A stretch of 63,936 bases of DNA, filler included, from Octopus bimaculoides (lineage: Eukaryota): the NCBI RefSeq assembly GCF_001194135.2. It is 9 parts of 8 records of this genome, joined end to end, with 100 filler letters (N's around TTAATTAATTAA, not from the genome) between each part and the next. Parts side by side here need not be neighbours in the genome. Positions count along the whole stretch, not along the records: positions 29,234 to 46,504 come from NC_068985.1; positions 46,605 to 49,904 come from NC_068987.1; positions 50,005 to 51,919 come from NW_026338263.1; positions 52,020 to 55,806 come from NC_069003.1; 5 more parts are not named here. The stretch is one strand, 5' to 3'. Positions 40,858 to 52,630 of the stretch are shown here, piece by piece; within the stretch, counting starts at the first letter, position 1; every line of letters starts with the position of its first letter. A program made the translations under genes and the position numbers. The notes beneath the pieces are model-generated. The model did not search any database and was not told the DNA's origin. It saw nothing but the letters and a program-made list of their open reading frames with translations.

Positions 40858-43854
40858 CATGTATATATGAATGTGTGTATGCATAAATCAAAGTATCTGT
40901 ATGTGTATGTAAATACCGAGGGAGGGTGATAGTGATATTACACATATGTATATGCCGCCGTTTGTGATCATGTGTGCCGCAAAAGTAATTTTAAGTTTCA
41001 AACTTGCATTATAGTTATTGCCTTATACTAAATGAAAGGTGTGTTCTAATGATTTCCAAATATTGCTGTTAGGTTAACAATATTCTGCAGACAATAAAGT
41101 AGAGACTTGTCACCACATTTTAGGCTTCATAAAATCATTAAAGCCTAGCTGTTGTTTATATGAGATGCATAATAATTATATACGCAGACTATAAAGAAAT
41201 AAATATTAGCTATCTTCTTTCCATGCTGAACTGCCTTTGTCATCTGATTTTATCTTTGTTTTATGTCCGCTTTTTATATTTCAACATTTGCATATTGTTG
41301 AATATTGATGCTTTTCCTTCAGTGTACGAAATATAGAATCTGCATTCAACTCGGTTGATGGCGGAAACCATAATTATATGCCTGGAGATATAATAATCAT
41401 ACGGCATTATTTCTCATCCGACATTTGTATAATATTTGAGCACATACATATATATGCATACATGCATACACACAAACACTCATACATGCATACACACACA
41501 CACAAACACACACACACACACATATACATGACAGCAGAACGCATCATTATGTAAGGATTCTTATACAAGTATCTACTTTCTTAGTTATAATCTCACTAAA
41601 ACCAATATTACTCGCTCATACAAACATTTCATTTTACGTAGGTAACAATAAATGCACTACTACGAATTTTTTACTTTACAGCGCATACATTTTAAATATA
41701 GAAAATTTACAAGAGATAAATCGTGTTCCATGCATATACATACGTTTAACAATTAATTTGTCATTCGTGTCTATTTGGAACTTCTGTGCATTCTTTTTGT
41801 TGTAATGTGTGTAATATTGTTGTTTTTGCTGTAACTCCTCCGAATATCGCGGACAATAGCGGAGCTAGTATATAGTCACATGTACATTGATAAACCTACG
41901 AGTTTTGAAGGAAAATGTTTGATGCAATTTTCCAGAAACCTTTTAGATTCTAAAGCTGATAGTTATCTAATTCCGAATTTTATAGTCACTTGGTGGATAT
42001 TTGGTTATCTGTCGCGAACTTCAATTTGTTGCAAAATTTCGTAACCGTATTCAAGCAATTTCATTGCTTTCTCAATTGAGGTCAGGAAGTTATTCATATA
42101 TCTCATGATTGTTGCTATGCTCAGCATTTTATTAATTTATACTCAGTATATGTTTATTTGAACCCATCATTAATCAGTAAAATCTTCTTTAACTACCTCT
42201 CTATGTTTTAGCTTCTTTCAAGTTCTTTGTGTCTAAGCAGGACACATGGTAAACAGAATCAATGAGGGAACATGTATTATTCACGGACTCCAAAGCGGAT
42301 TTTGTGAATACTTCTGTGGAACAGCATACTGCCTTTGTTTATCAATATCAATCCGGTCTTATTCAGTCTGCCTAACATCACCTCATGATTCGCAGACTGT
42401 GGTTACATCAATTAGTATGGATATTTTGCAGTTGAGCTCATACAATTTTCCCCTTTGTTTTATTTATGTAAAATTCAGTCTGACCAGGTAATTATGGCAT
42501 TCATTCTCTTGAAAACAAAGTTTTGATTTGGGACTTGCAGCCATTTGATGGGCACTCCACTGAGTTGACCAGCGCCTAAATATGACCTTCTGGGAGATAC
42601 AAGAGAACAATTAAAGAAATGAAAAATATATGTAACAAAATTTTAGACTCTACGAATGGAAATTTAATATATAGAAAATAAATCTTTGTTTTATCATTTA
42701 GGAAGTTGATTAATATTGGTAATGTTAATGAGAAAAAGGGGAAAAAATGAATTAATATACATTACATTGGAGCTGTTGAATAAAATATCAACATAATTTC
42801 ATTAAAGTTTCCTAACATTTGCAATTGAATGTTGTTTTTTCGTCTGAGAATAAACAAAAGTTGGAAAACTAATTTGGAAATTAATATGGAAATAAAATAT
42901 CCAGTGGAATTATAGTATAAATTTATTCTCCGCTTGATAAGAGCAATTTCAATTTAACTAAATTTCATGTGCTTTTGCGAAACTCTTCTATATGATTCTC
43001 CGCGGCAGAAATTAAATTACGAAGTCTCTCACCCCTCATTGTTCTTCACTTGTCAGCAGAAAAGAAGGATTCTAGATTACGATGTATTACGTAAAGCACA
43101 ACCATGAACAGTTGCGTTACTCTATAAGGTGATTCAAAATAGGAGACGTAGTTCTAAAGAGAACGTCTGATGCAAGTAACTGCAAATTGTGCAGAGTGTG
43201 TGTTGGCTAATATTTAAATAAAATCAAGGAGCCAGGCCCGGCTTCGGGCAGACTGGAAATGGTTTAAATATACTGGTCAAAGTAATTATAAGAAGACGTT
43301 CCCTTCGGTATGCTTTTATTTTCGTCAATCAAATGTCTTGGTTTGGGACGATTTTATCGACCACAAAATGATGAAAATGTCAAGGGGATTTCAACTTATA
43401 GCATAATCATTCAAAAGAAATACAATGGAATATGTTTTAGCTGCTCTCTGTTAACTCAGCTGTTTACTGCGTCAGTATTCGTATTCTATTCTTAGGTGAC
43501 ATATGTTCGTTAGTTCTACGTTTCATCGTTCGCTGTATAATACACATTTCATTCTCCTCGTGAACAATTTTATTCGTATTAACATCATGTTTTGTATATT
43601 CAACGCTTTTTCACAAGATAAGCTCTAATGTACCAGTGGTAGATAACCCTTTTTTCTCCAAAATCTAAACAGAATAAAATTTGAGGGCACGTAGGTCTAG
43701 TTCCTTGATCTCAGAAAGAAAAGCAAGATGCAGTTGAAACATTTTATTTACAGTTTACAGCAAGGTTACAATTATACTCTCATTTTTATTCCTTCTACAA
43801 AATGAGAAAGGCTCAATTTTCATTCCAAGCCATGAAGGACAACGGGAATGACTG

Positions 43855-44500
43855 CGCTAAGAAACATTTGAACAGACTAAAATTTCACCTCTAATAGAAC
43901 ATGGTTTGATTTTTCTAAGACGAGAAAAAGAGTCTCCCAGGATCAGATGGCAAACATACAGAACAACCGTTGGCTTGCCGTGTCCTTCCAAAAATCAAAG
44001 ATCGAATTAACATCGTGGTGTTTAGTGTGATCACTATTGATGGCAGCATTGTTTCTGCATTCATCTTCAGAAAGGGCCTCAGACTCAACATGGTGGCCTA
44101 CATGTAATGCCTGGAGGTGGTAGTGCTGTCCTGGGTCAACAAGGTGACTGCCAGAAGACCGTATGTCTGGTCACAGGGTTCTACAGGAGAACAGAGACAT
44201 GGCTGTCAAACAATTTCTGTGACCTCATCATCCCTGACAGTTGGTCACCTAAATACCCAGACTGCAAATCCCTTGATTCTTATTCGTGAGGCGTAGTTGA
44301 GCAAGAGACAAAGGAAATCATTGTAAAACCAAGGAAGGCAAAGAATGTGGAAGCATGACTGTAAAACCAACTTAAGGCAAAGATTATGGTAGCATTCAGC
44401 AACTTAAACAAGGGGACCGTCCAGGAAAGTTGCAGGAGATTCCGAAATCGTCTGGAGGCCATGGTTGAAGTCAATAGCGATTTTATTCAAAGCCATTTAC
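43855..44500 (+). mobile_element. Tc1/mariner DD37D(maT)-like transposase remnant (catalytic domain)
   Basis: Frameshifted pieces DEK..QDQMANIQNNRWLA, IVVFSVITIDG, GLRLNMVAYM*CLEVVVLSWV, RPYVWSQGS, TWLSNNFCD..WSPKYPDCKSLD, RFRNRLEAMVEVNSDFI. Confidence 0.82.
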
Positions 44501-44574
44501 TCTTTAGTATTTCAAGATGTTTTAATGTAATTTTGGTAAATATATCTGCTAAAATGTGACGTCTCTGTTATGGA

Positions 44575-44981
44575 AAATGGAAATAAGGAAGTTAATAGTT
44601 GTTTATTATTAACAAATTGGTCATCTTCGATTCTTACAGTCATTTCAGTTGATATTCAATAATTTGATTACACACTCGTACAAAAATAAATTTACATTTA
44701 TCTGAAATGACTATAATTTCATGAGAGGGAAAAAATGTACCTTTGGGTGTGGCCTTATCAACCCATTATAGCAGACTCTACTGAAATAAATTGATAAGCC
44801 CAAATATAACTTCTTAATGTACATTTTTTCTCCTCTGATGAAATTATACTCATGTCACTTAAACGTAAATTTAATGTACACATTTGTAATTAAATTATTG
44901 AGCATTAATTGAAACGGCTGTAAGGAGCGAAAATGACCAATTTTTAATAATAATTGATTATTAACTGCCTTATCACCATTT
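44575..44981. mobile_element. About 400-bp fold-back palindrome (hairpin MITE)
   Basis: Arms pair along their length, e.g. acaaattggtcatcttcg / cgaaaatgaccaatt and tataatttcatgagagggaaaaaatgtac / gtacattttttctcctctgatgaaattata. Confidence 0.8.
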
Positions 44982-46204
44982 AGTTTTCTTCTTTTAAATG
45001 GATGTAAGCTATATGCTTTGAACATAACTATTGTTTTAAGAGAATTTCATTCCCCCAATATACGAGGTATTGAACCAGTGTTTCCTTTGACGCAATCATT
45101 CCTTTACGAGGTTAATATATCCTCTAAATAATTAAATAAATAAACAAATAAATAAATGAGTGTGTGTTTGTGTTTGTGTGGTTTAAGGTATATTAAAATA
45201 AGATACGAATAATATATAAAATGCTATGGTAAACATATTGAATTAAATTTATCATAATCCATACATCAGAATCCTGACATGAATATTATTATCATATAAC
45301 ATCAATATTTTAAAATTGTAGAACCTGATTTTACTTCTCCTGAATGTCATTCTGCCGGCATATTTGGAAGAAGTACCATGTAGGGAATAATGTGTAGCTG
45401 ACATGTCGTCAATTATACTTTCAACAATGACATAACCCGACATCCTACCAGAATTGAAAGATCATATCATTATTACTTTCGTTTTTAAACAGTTTTATTC
45501 TTCTACTCCAGAATAATATTCTTTTTATATTTTAAGCGCATAAATCACCTGTGAGGCAGAACTAACACCCTTAGAACATCATTATAAATATATTGAAATT
45601 CCTATGGCTTCTGATTCACGTGAGTTCCTCACATTTATTTCATATGTTATATGTTATTCCTCGGATTCTAATAACACTCAAAACAAAATCAATATATATT
45701 TTATATACGGTAATCTCAAACATTGAGGGTTTGTTAGCTAAACAAATTCTAAAACATATGTACACTGCAGGAAATTCATGAGGAACAAAAACTTAAAAAA
45801 GATAAATTACTAAGTAAAATACATAGATTGAAGATACATCACGTGTCCATGGTCCCTGTATTGACTTAGTTCACCTTGCGTCTTCATTGGTTTGATATTA
45901 GATCTTATTGAAGTGAAATTGTCCTCGTGTTTCATAATATAATTAGTAAATATAGTAAATGGGTTGAGCATAGAAATGTTGTTCTGGGATATCTTCAAGG
46001 CATCATATTCATCGTTGACAAAATGATATCTTCTGAAAGTAACACCGAGTTATTCGCCCATTTTATGCACGAATAATTTTAAGTAAATCTTCTTACAAAT
46101 TTCCTTAAAAGTATAGTGGACTGAGAAATGACGAAAGGCATCGATCTTTATAGATCTGACAGTCACCTAGTTCTACAGATACCAAAAACTTCGAAGTCTT
46201 TATT

Positions 46205-46252
46205 ATAACAATAACAATATTGATGATGACGATGATGATGATGATGATGACA

Positions 46253-46300
<48 letters not shown>

Positions 46301-46349
46301 ATGATGATTATGATGATGATGATGATAAATGACGATGACGACGATGCCG

Positions 46350-46382
<33 letters not shown>
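46205..46382. repeat. (GAT)n then (AAT)n microsatellites
   Basis: Direct reading of trinucleotide runs. Confidence 0.95.
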
Positions 46383-46384
<2 letters not shown>

Positions 46385-46386
46385 TA

Positions 46387-46494
46387 GCAATGGCTGAGAA
46401 GCTCAGGACTCAAAGCAGAGAAGCAATGGCAGAGAAGCTCAGGACTCAAAGCAGAGAAGCAATGGCTGAGAAGCTCAGGACTCAAAGCAGAGAA
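46387..46494 (+). repeat. 36-bp minisatellite, three copies
   Basis: gcaatggc(t/a)gagaagctcaggactcaaagcagagaa x3, ending 10 bp before a gap. Confidence 0.95.
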
Positions 46495-46895
46495 ATAAAT
46501 AGACNNNNNNNNNNNNNNNNNNNNNNNNNNNNNNNNNNNNNNNNNNNNTTAATTAATTAANNNNNNNNNNNNNNNNNNNNNNNNNNNNNNNNNNNNNNNN
46601 NNNNTTACACAAAATTGTTTGATTAAATATACTTCTTTTTCCGTTACTGTTTTCTTTTCTTTCTTTTTCTTCTCCTTTCTTCTTTTTTTCCTTTTGTAGA
46701 CTTGAAAATTGTTGGTTGCCTCGTTCAAATTTTGAATTTGAATTTTTATAATTTTGAATTTCTAATTTGAACTTTTATAATTTTGAATTTCTCTGTCTCA
46801 CTTTTCATTTTGAACTCTACAAAAACAGGCTTGCTGTCGAAATATTGTTCAACCAATAAAATATCTATTGCAATCGCATCACGCTCTTCGTATTG

Positions 46896-46949
<54 letters not shown>

Positions 46950-47589
46950 GTAATATTTTATTCAGCAGTATGAACATATACAATATATATTTGTTGTTTC
47001 TTTCTTCATGTTAACACTCAAGAGGCCTAGGACAGACAGTAAGAATATGAGTTACTCAAAGACGGAAAGATTATGGGGCCACTCGCATGTCTATTAATTT
47101 TCAACTTTCCCATTTGGTATGATAGTTTTGGAGTTTATTCAATGAGAGTGCATTAGATGTGTTAACACTAACTTAACTATTAATAAATGGCAGTTCGGTA
47201 CATTTCTAGATTCTTTCCTTTCAAGCATGCTCAAAAGTCACAACATTGACATGCATTAGTTTTGGGGGAATGGGTTTAAGCAGCTTATGGTAAACGAATA
47301 GCCCTCTAGTTTTCTGCCACTTCGACATGTTTCGTTCCTTGGTTACAAGATCTTTTTCTGTATTTCGGCAAACCAATTCAGTATATCACTTTAATCTTTT
47401 ATATTTCTTTTAAACTTACTCGTGAGCGTACTTCTACAGAAATCCAATATACTACACGAATATTCAACTAGTGTATCCTTTCTGTACAGTCTTCCTACAG
47501 TTTCAGTATAGAAGTTTCGGAGGTCGGAAACTTTGTACAATTCCCTAAAAATGTTGCTACTTTTTCGAAGCTTTCGTTAAGCAACACAC

Positions 47590-47885
47590 TATTCCCAACA
47601 CGTGTGAGAAAAAATCCGACCGATCTAATATTTAAAGTTATCAACGATGTTGCTGGAGAGCACATGGACTACTGAAATATTAATACTCTTATATACACAG
47701 CTGCTATTACTCTTAAAGAACACCTAAGAGGAATCTAGAGTGAACAAAGTAAAGAAATTACTAAACGGAAACAACCTATATGGAAAACAAAATTTGAAGA
47801 AAACATCAACAACGTGCACCACCATATTGGACGGTTAGCTACAACAACAAAATGTAAAGAGAAAAATGAGTTAACACCTCACCAA
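47590..47885 (+). mobile_element. R4/Dong-like N-terminal (pre-RT) coding fragment
   Basis: NINTLIYTAAITLKEHL...KQPIWKTKFEENINNVHHHIGRL...LTPHQ resembles the pre-RT region of R4-clade ORFs; cut by SINE A at 47894. Confidence 0.55.
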
Positions 47886-47893
47886 TTCTACCT

Positions 47894-48271
47894 TACTCTT
47901 TCTCTTTTACTCTTGTACTTGTTTCAGTCATTTGACTGCGGCCATGCTGGAGCACCGCCTTTTAGTCGAGCAAATCGACCCCAGAACTTATTCTTTGGAA
48001 GCCTAGTACTTATTCTATCGGTCTCTTTTGCCGAACCGCTAAGTTACGGGGACCTAAAACACACCACCATCGGTTATCAAACGATGCTGGGGGGGACAAA
48101 CACAGACACAAACATATACACACATACATATATACGACGGGCTTCTTTCAGTTTCCGTCTACCAAATCCACTCACAAGGCTTTGGTCGGCCCGAGGCTAT
48201 AGTAGAAGACACTTGCCCAAGGTGCCACGCAGTGGGAATGAACCCGAACCATGTGGTTGGTAAGCAAGCTA
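47894..48271 (-). mobile_element. SINE family A, near full length
   Basis: High identity to 18341-18751; the extreme 5' end falls in a gap. Confidence 0.92.
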
Positions 48272-48597
48272 NNNNNNNNNNNNNNNNNNNNNNNNNNNNN
48301 NNNNNNNNNNNNNNNNNNNNNNNNNNNNNNNNNNNNNNNNNNNNNNNNNNNNNNNTAATGAAAACGTCTACCAAATTATTCATTAACTTTTTTATACCTT
48401 TGTTTTAAAGAAGTCGGCATATTTCTAGAGGAAGGCGTTCAAAACGGACTTTTTAAATGGCGTTCTACACTTGCACGTCCGATGTTGACGGCGCCATTAT
48501 GCATGTATGTATGTATGTATGCATAATGGTAGATGAAATTAAAAGCCCATTGTATGTACATATGTGTGTGTGCGCATGTGTTAGGTACGGATAACTT

Positions 48598-48628
<31 letters not shown>

Positions 48629-48803
48629 GTGTGCGTGTGTGTGTGTGTGTTTAACTATGTATTTGTCCCCGACTATCGCTTGACAACCGGTGTTCGTTTG
48701 TATACGCCCTCGTAACTCAGCGGTTCGGCAAAAGATAATGATAGAATAAGTACCAGGCATTAAAAAATAAAGTAAGTACTAGGGTCGATTTGTTCTATTA
48801 AAC

Positions 48804-49034
48804 TAGTGTTTCTAAAAGCATTTTTTTTTTACCTATATACCCGCTTTGGTTCCTATTTTCCTCGGGTGGACGCTGCTAGCCATCTGATGTTTTAAAAAAT
48901 CATATTTTTATAATGAGATATCATTAGGATTTGCATAAAGAAAACTCAATATTTTCTGCAATGTAAAAGTATAACTTTAATGCAGATAAATTCTAACAAC
49001 AAACTTTTATATGGAACCCGGTTGAGTACCATTG
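48804..49034. mobile_element. hAT (Charlie-like) MITE inserted into a SINE A tail
   Basis: 8-bp TSD tattaaac/aattaaac; ends tagtgtttct and gttgagtaccattg (decayed CAGTGTTTCTCAAC-type TIR); SINE A tail continues on both sides (48660-48795, 49043-49098). Confidence 0.65.
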
Positions 49035-49413
49035 AATTAAACCAGTCAAAGTGGTGCCCCAGCATGGCCGCAGTCCATTGATTGAAACAAGCAAGAGATA
49101 ATTAACTTTAAACACCTCATTTGTATTCCAGTAGAGATAAAACAAGAAAGCAAAGCGTTTGAGCGAAACTTCAACTCAACAAACTCCATTCCCTTGTGAA
49201 CCTTTCGCTATTTCATTCTTGTCTTTCCCCACCTCCCTAATAATTGTTCAACGCCCACAGTAAATTCACGCCTCAATGAGCTTTCCGGTTAGTCACAAAC
49301 AAGAAAAGAAAAAAAAAAGCTGCTTTAAAGGGATACTTTCCTTGTTGGCAAAAATTTACAATCCATCTTTTCTCATACGAAAGATCACCCACATCGTCAT
49401 CACCGCCACTGAA

Positions 49414-49466
<53 letters not shown>

Positions 49467-50004
49467 ACAACTACTACTACTGCTGCTGCTGCTGCTGATG
49501 CTGGATTCCAGAACCCCTCCAATCTCAACGTTACGCTCGCTTTCGTCTCGCACCGCTGGCATGGAACATTCAATCCTCTCTCCCCTCTCAGTTCTCTTGC
49601 CCTCTAAACTCGGTTGGGATGTGAAAATTTCTGTTGTAGCCTTACAAATGCCGTTTATTCAGATTTATAACAAAAGCGATAGTAAATTATCAGTTGAACA
49701 TTGACCGCATGGTTTTTCAAACCCGGTCAGAAACGTGTTGTGTTTGTAGAACCGTCAAATCACGCCCAACCTCTTGTTTTAAGCTTTGCTACGGGGCCTC
49801 CATCTGTAAATATTTTTGATCTTCTATTTGTTTAAGTCATGGGATTGCAGCCATATCGGAACACTGCCTTGAAGGGATTAGTCAAACGAATCGTCCCCCC
49901 CCCCNNNNNNNNNNNNNNNNNNNNNNNNNNNNNNNNNNNNNNNNNNNNTTAATTAATTAANNNNNNNNNNNNNNNNNNNNNNNNNNNNNNNNNNNNNNNN
50001 NNNN

Positions 50005-50447
50005 GAGAAGACCCGGCAAGCCAAGTGAGACCTAAATCCAAGGTCTCTGCCAGGATGTGTACCTTCCTACATTGGACATGAAACTCGGCTGTTGAGGCAA
50101 GCGAAAGCGAAATCGTGATGGTACCTGTGCCCTGGCACGTGTGAAGACATTCGAGCGAGATCGTTGCCAGTGCCGCTGGACTGGCTCCTGTGCAGGTGGC
50201 ATGTAAAAGACACCATCTCGAGCGTGGCCGTTGCCAGTACGGCCAGACTGGCTTTCGTGCCGGTGGCACGTAAAAGCATCCACTACATTCTCGGAGTCGT
50301 TGGCGTTAGGAAGGGCATCCAGCTGTAGAAACTCTACCAAATCAGATTGGAGCCTTGTGTAGCCACCTGGTTCACCTGTCCTCAGTCAAATCGTCCAACC
50401 CATGCTAGCATGGAAAGCGGACGTTAAACGATGATGATGATGATGAT
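50005..50447 (+). mobile_element. RTE-clade LINE 3' end
   Basis: EKTRQAK* then repetitive UTR and ...catgctagcatggaaagcggacgttaaac(gat)n. Confidence 0.82.
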
Positions 50448-50592
50448 ATACGACGGGCTTCTTTCAGTTTCCATCTACCAAATCCACTCACAAGGCTTTG
50501 GTCGGCCTGAGGCTATAGTAGAAGACACTTGCCCAAGGTCCCACACAGTAAGAATGAACCCGGAACCATGTGGTTGGTAAGCAAGCGACTTA
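50447..50592 (-). mobile_element. SINE family A, 5' half
   Basis: tatacgacgggcttctttcagtttcc...gaacccggaaccatgtggttggtaagcaag. Confidence 0.9.
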
Positions 50593-51878
50593 CTGATGGT
50601 AAAACGGTAGATTGAATTAAAATCTGTCCTGGAAGATATTGATAACCCTGCAATATCATTGAGTGAAATGCAGTGGAACCAGGCTACTGAATTAGAAGAA
50701 CTTCTTGTTCTTCCATATGCAATTACCAAGAAAATACAAGCTGAAGATTTGATTGCAGGACAGTTTCTGTGGGAATGGAAAAATTTGATATTCAAGCTTA
50801 GTAGAAGAGGAGGTTTAATTACTAATGGGATAATAACTTCTATGAAAAGATGGGAAGCTCAGTTAACAGAAAATGAGATATTGCTGTCTTCAGTGTTTGT
50901 TGATCCAAAGAATCAAATTCCGTTAGATGACAATCAAATTACTAAAGCAAAGGAAACTCTCTGTCATCTTGCTATAGAAATGAAGGGACTATTGCCCATC
51001 TCATCAGAAATGGAAAATCCAGACAATCACAATATTTCAATGAAGTCCAAGTTTCAGTCATCATCTTCCAATGATGGTGACAATTTTGATAAATATCTGG
51101 ACTGACTGGCAAAGGAAAAAGTGAAAACCGAAAAAATACGTTTGGATAGAAATGAACCTGTCAAAATTCAAAGAAGAATTCAATACAGCACTGAAAGAGA
51201 TAGAGAAATATGATTGTTCATGTGCAATACCATTGGAAGAACTTGTTCATATTTGCCCTGGAATCATTAGAGAAGCAGCTAGCATGGTGACAGCTATTCC
51301 TCCTACTCAAGTTAGTGTGGAGAGGCTTTTCTCTGCTCGAAAACTTATCAAGTTAGTTCTCAGAGTTTCAATGAAGGAAGATATTGCTGATGCTATTTTA
51401 TTTCTTAGGACTTTCAGTTAAATTTATGATTTCTCTGAATTGTTCAGTTTTATGCCAAAGGATTTAATGATTTTTTTAATGTTTAATATAAACTTACTTT
51501 TATTTCTATTTCATTTACATTTATGATATAGGAATTATAAAAGATTTATAATAGCTTTTGTTAAAAATAAGCATTGGCTTTTTCTTTGAATAAAATAACA
51601 TTAAAAAATTCAATCTTTAAAACTATCCTGATTATTCACTTGGTAGTGATGAAATGCCATTTTGATACATGACTGAATTGAATGATGATATAAGAATATT
51701 TCCTAATCACCTCCATGCAGACAGTACAGTAATACTATTTTGCTGTATTTTCTATGTGATTTAATGTTCACAGGGGCTCCAGAGTTTAAGAATATGTATA
51801 TTTTCTACTATAATTAATTGATAGAAGTCAGAGTTGGAGTTGGAGTTGAAGGTTTCAGTTACTGACCTCACAGCCCTG
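50590..51878 (+). mobile_element. hAT transposon, 3' portion with dimerisation domain and right terminus
   Basis: LLMVKR*IELK...QWNQATELEELL...LSSVFVDPK; AIPPTQVSVERLFS..KLIK..LRVSMKEDIADAILFLR (hAT dimerisation motif with catalytic Glu); ends with (ggagtt)x3-like repeats and cacagccctg. Confidence 0.85.
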
Positions 51879-51880
51879 GT

Positions 51881-51919
<39 letters not shown>

Positions 51920-52019
51920 NNNNNNNNNNNNNNNNNNNNNNNNNNNNNNNNNNNNNNNNNNNNTTAATTAATTAANNNNNNNNNNNNNNNNNNNNNNNNN
52001 NNNNNNNNNNNNNNNNNNN

Positions 52020-52506
52020 GGGTCTCGACAACGGTGTTAAAACGGCGACCTTTGAGTTGCATATTCGTATTGGGGAAGTGATGGAAATCTGGCGGATAGG
52101 GCGGGAGCGGAAGTGATAGCCTGTTGGTTTGGCAAGAAACTCACGCGTGAAGAGAGCTTGGTGACAGGGTGCATTGCTGTTGTGAAGAATCCAATTCTTC
52201 GCGCTCCACAGATCCAGTCTCTTTCACCGAATGTCCTCCCTCAAACGCTTCAAAACGTCGCAGTAGAACTCTCGATTGACGGTCTGGCCCTGGGGGACGA
52301 AATCTCGATGCACAATACCGCATTTCCGGGGGTGACGCTCGTGGCAGGTCTTCCAGATCGCTCACGTTCTTCCGTTTTTGAAACGCCTGTGTCACTCGAA
52401 ACATTGCGTACGACCTGTTGCCTCGTCGCTGTAAGCTTGCCGAAGAACGCTCAATGTCTGTTGGTGCGCTTCAGAACTAATCCAGGAACTTTTTGATACC
52501 TCCTCG
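52020..52506 (-). mobile_element. Mariner element, heavily internally deleted
   Basis: TIR TA|cgaggaggtatcaaaaagttcc; LRQAYSDEATGRTQCFE*HKRFKNGR joined to HRDFVPQGQTVNREFYCDVLKRLREDIRRKRLDLW..NWILHNSNAPCH. Confidence 0.82.
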
Positions 52507-52630
52507 TATGTATGTATGTATGTATGTATGTATGTATGTATGTATGTATGTATAAATGTGTGCGTGCGCGCGCGCGTGTGTATATATATGTAAATCCTGG
52601 GATCGATTTCTTGGCCGCAGTCAAATGACT

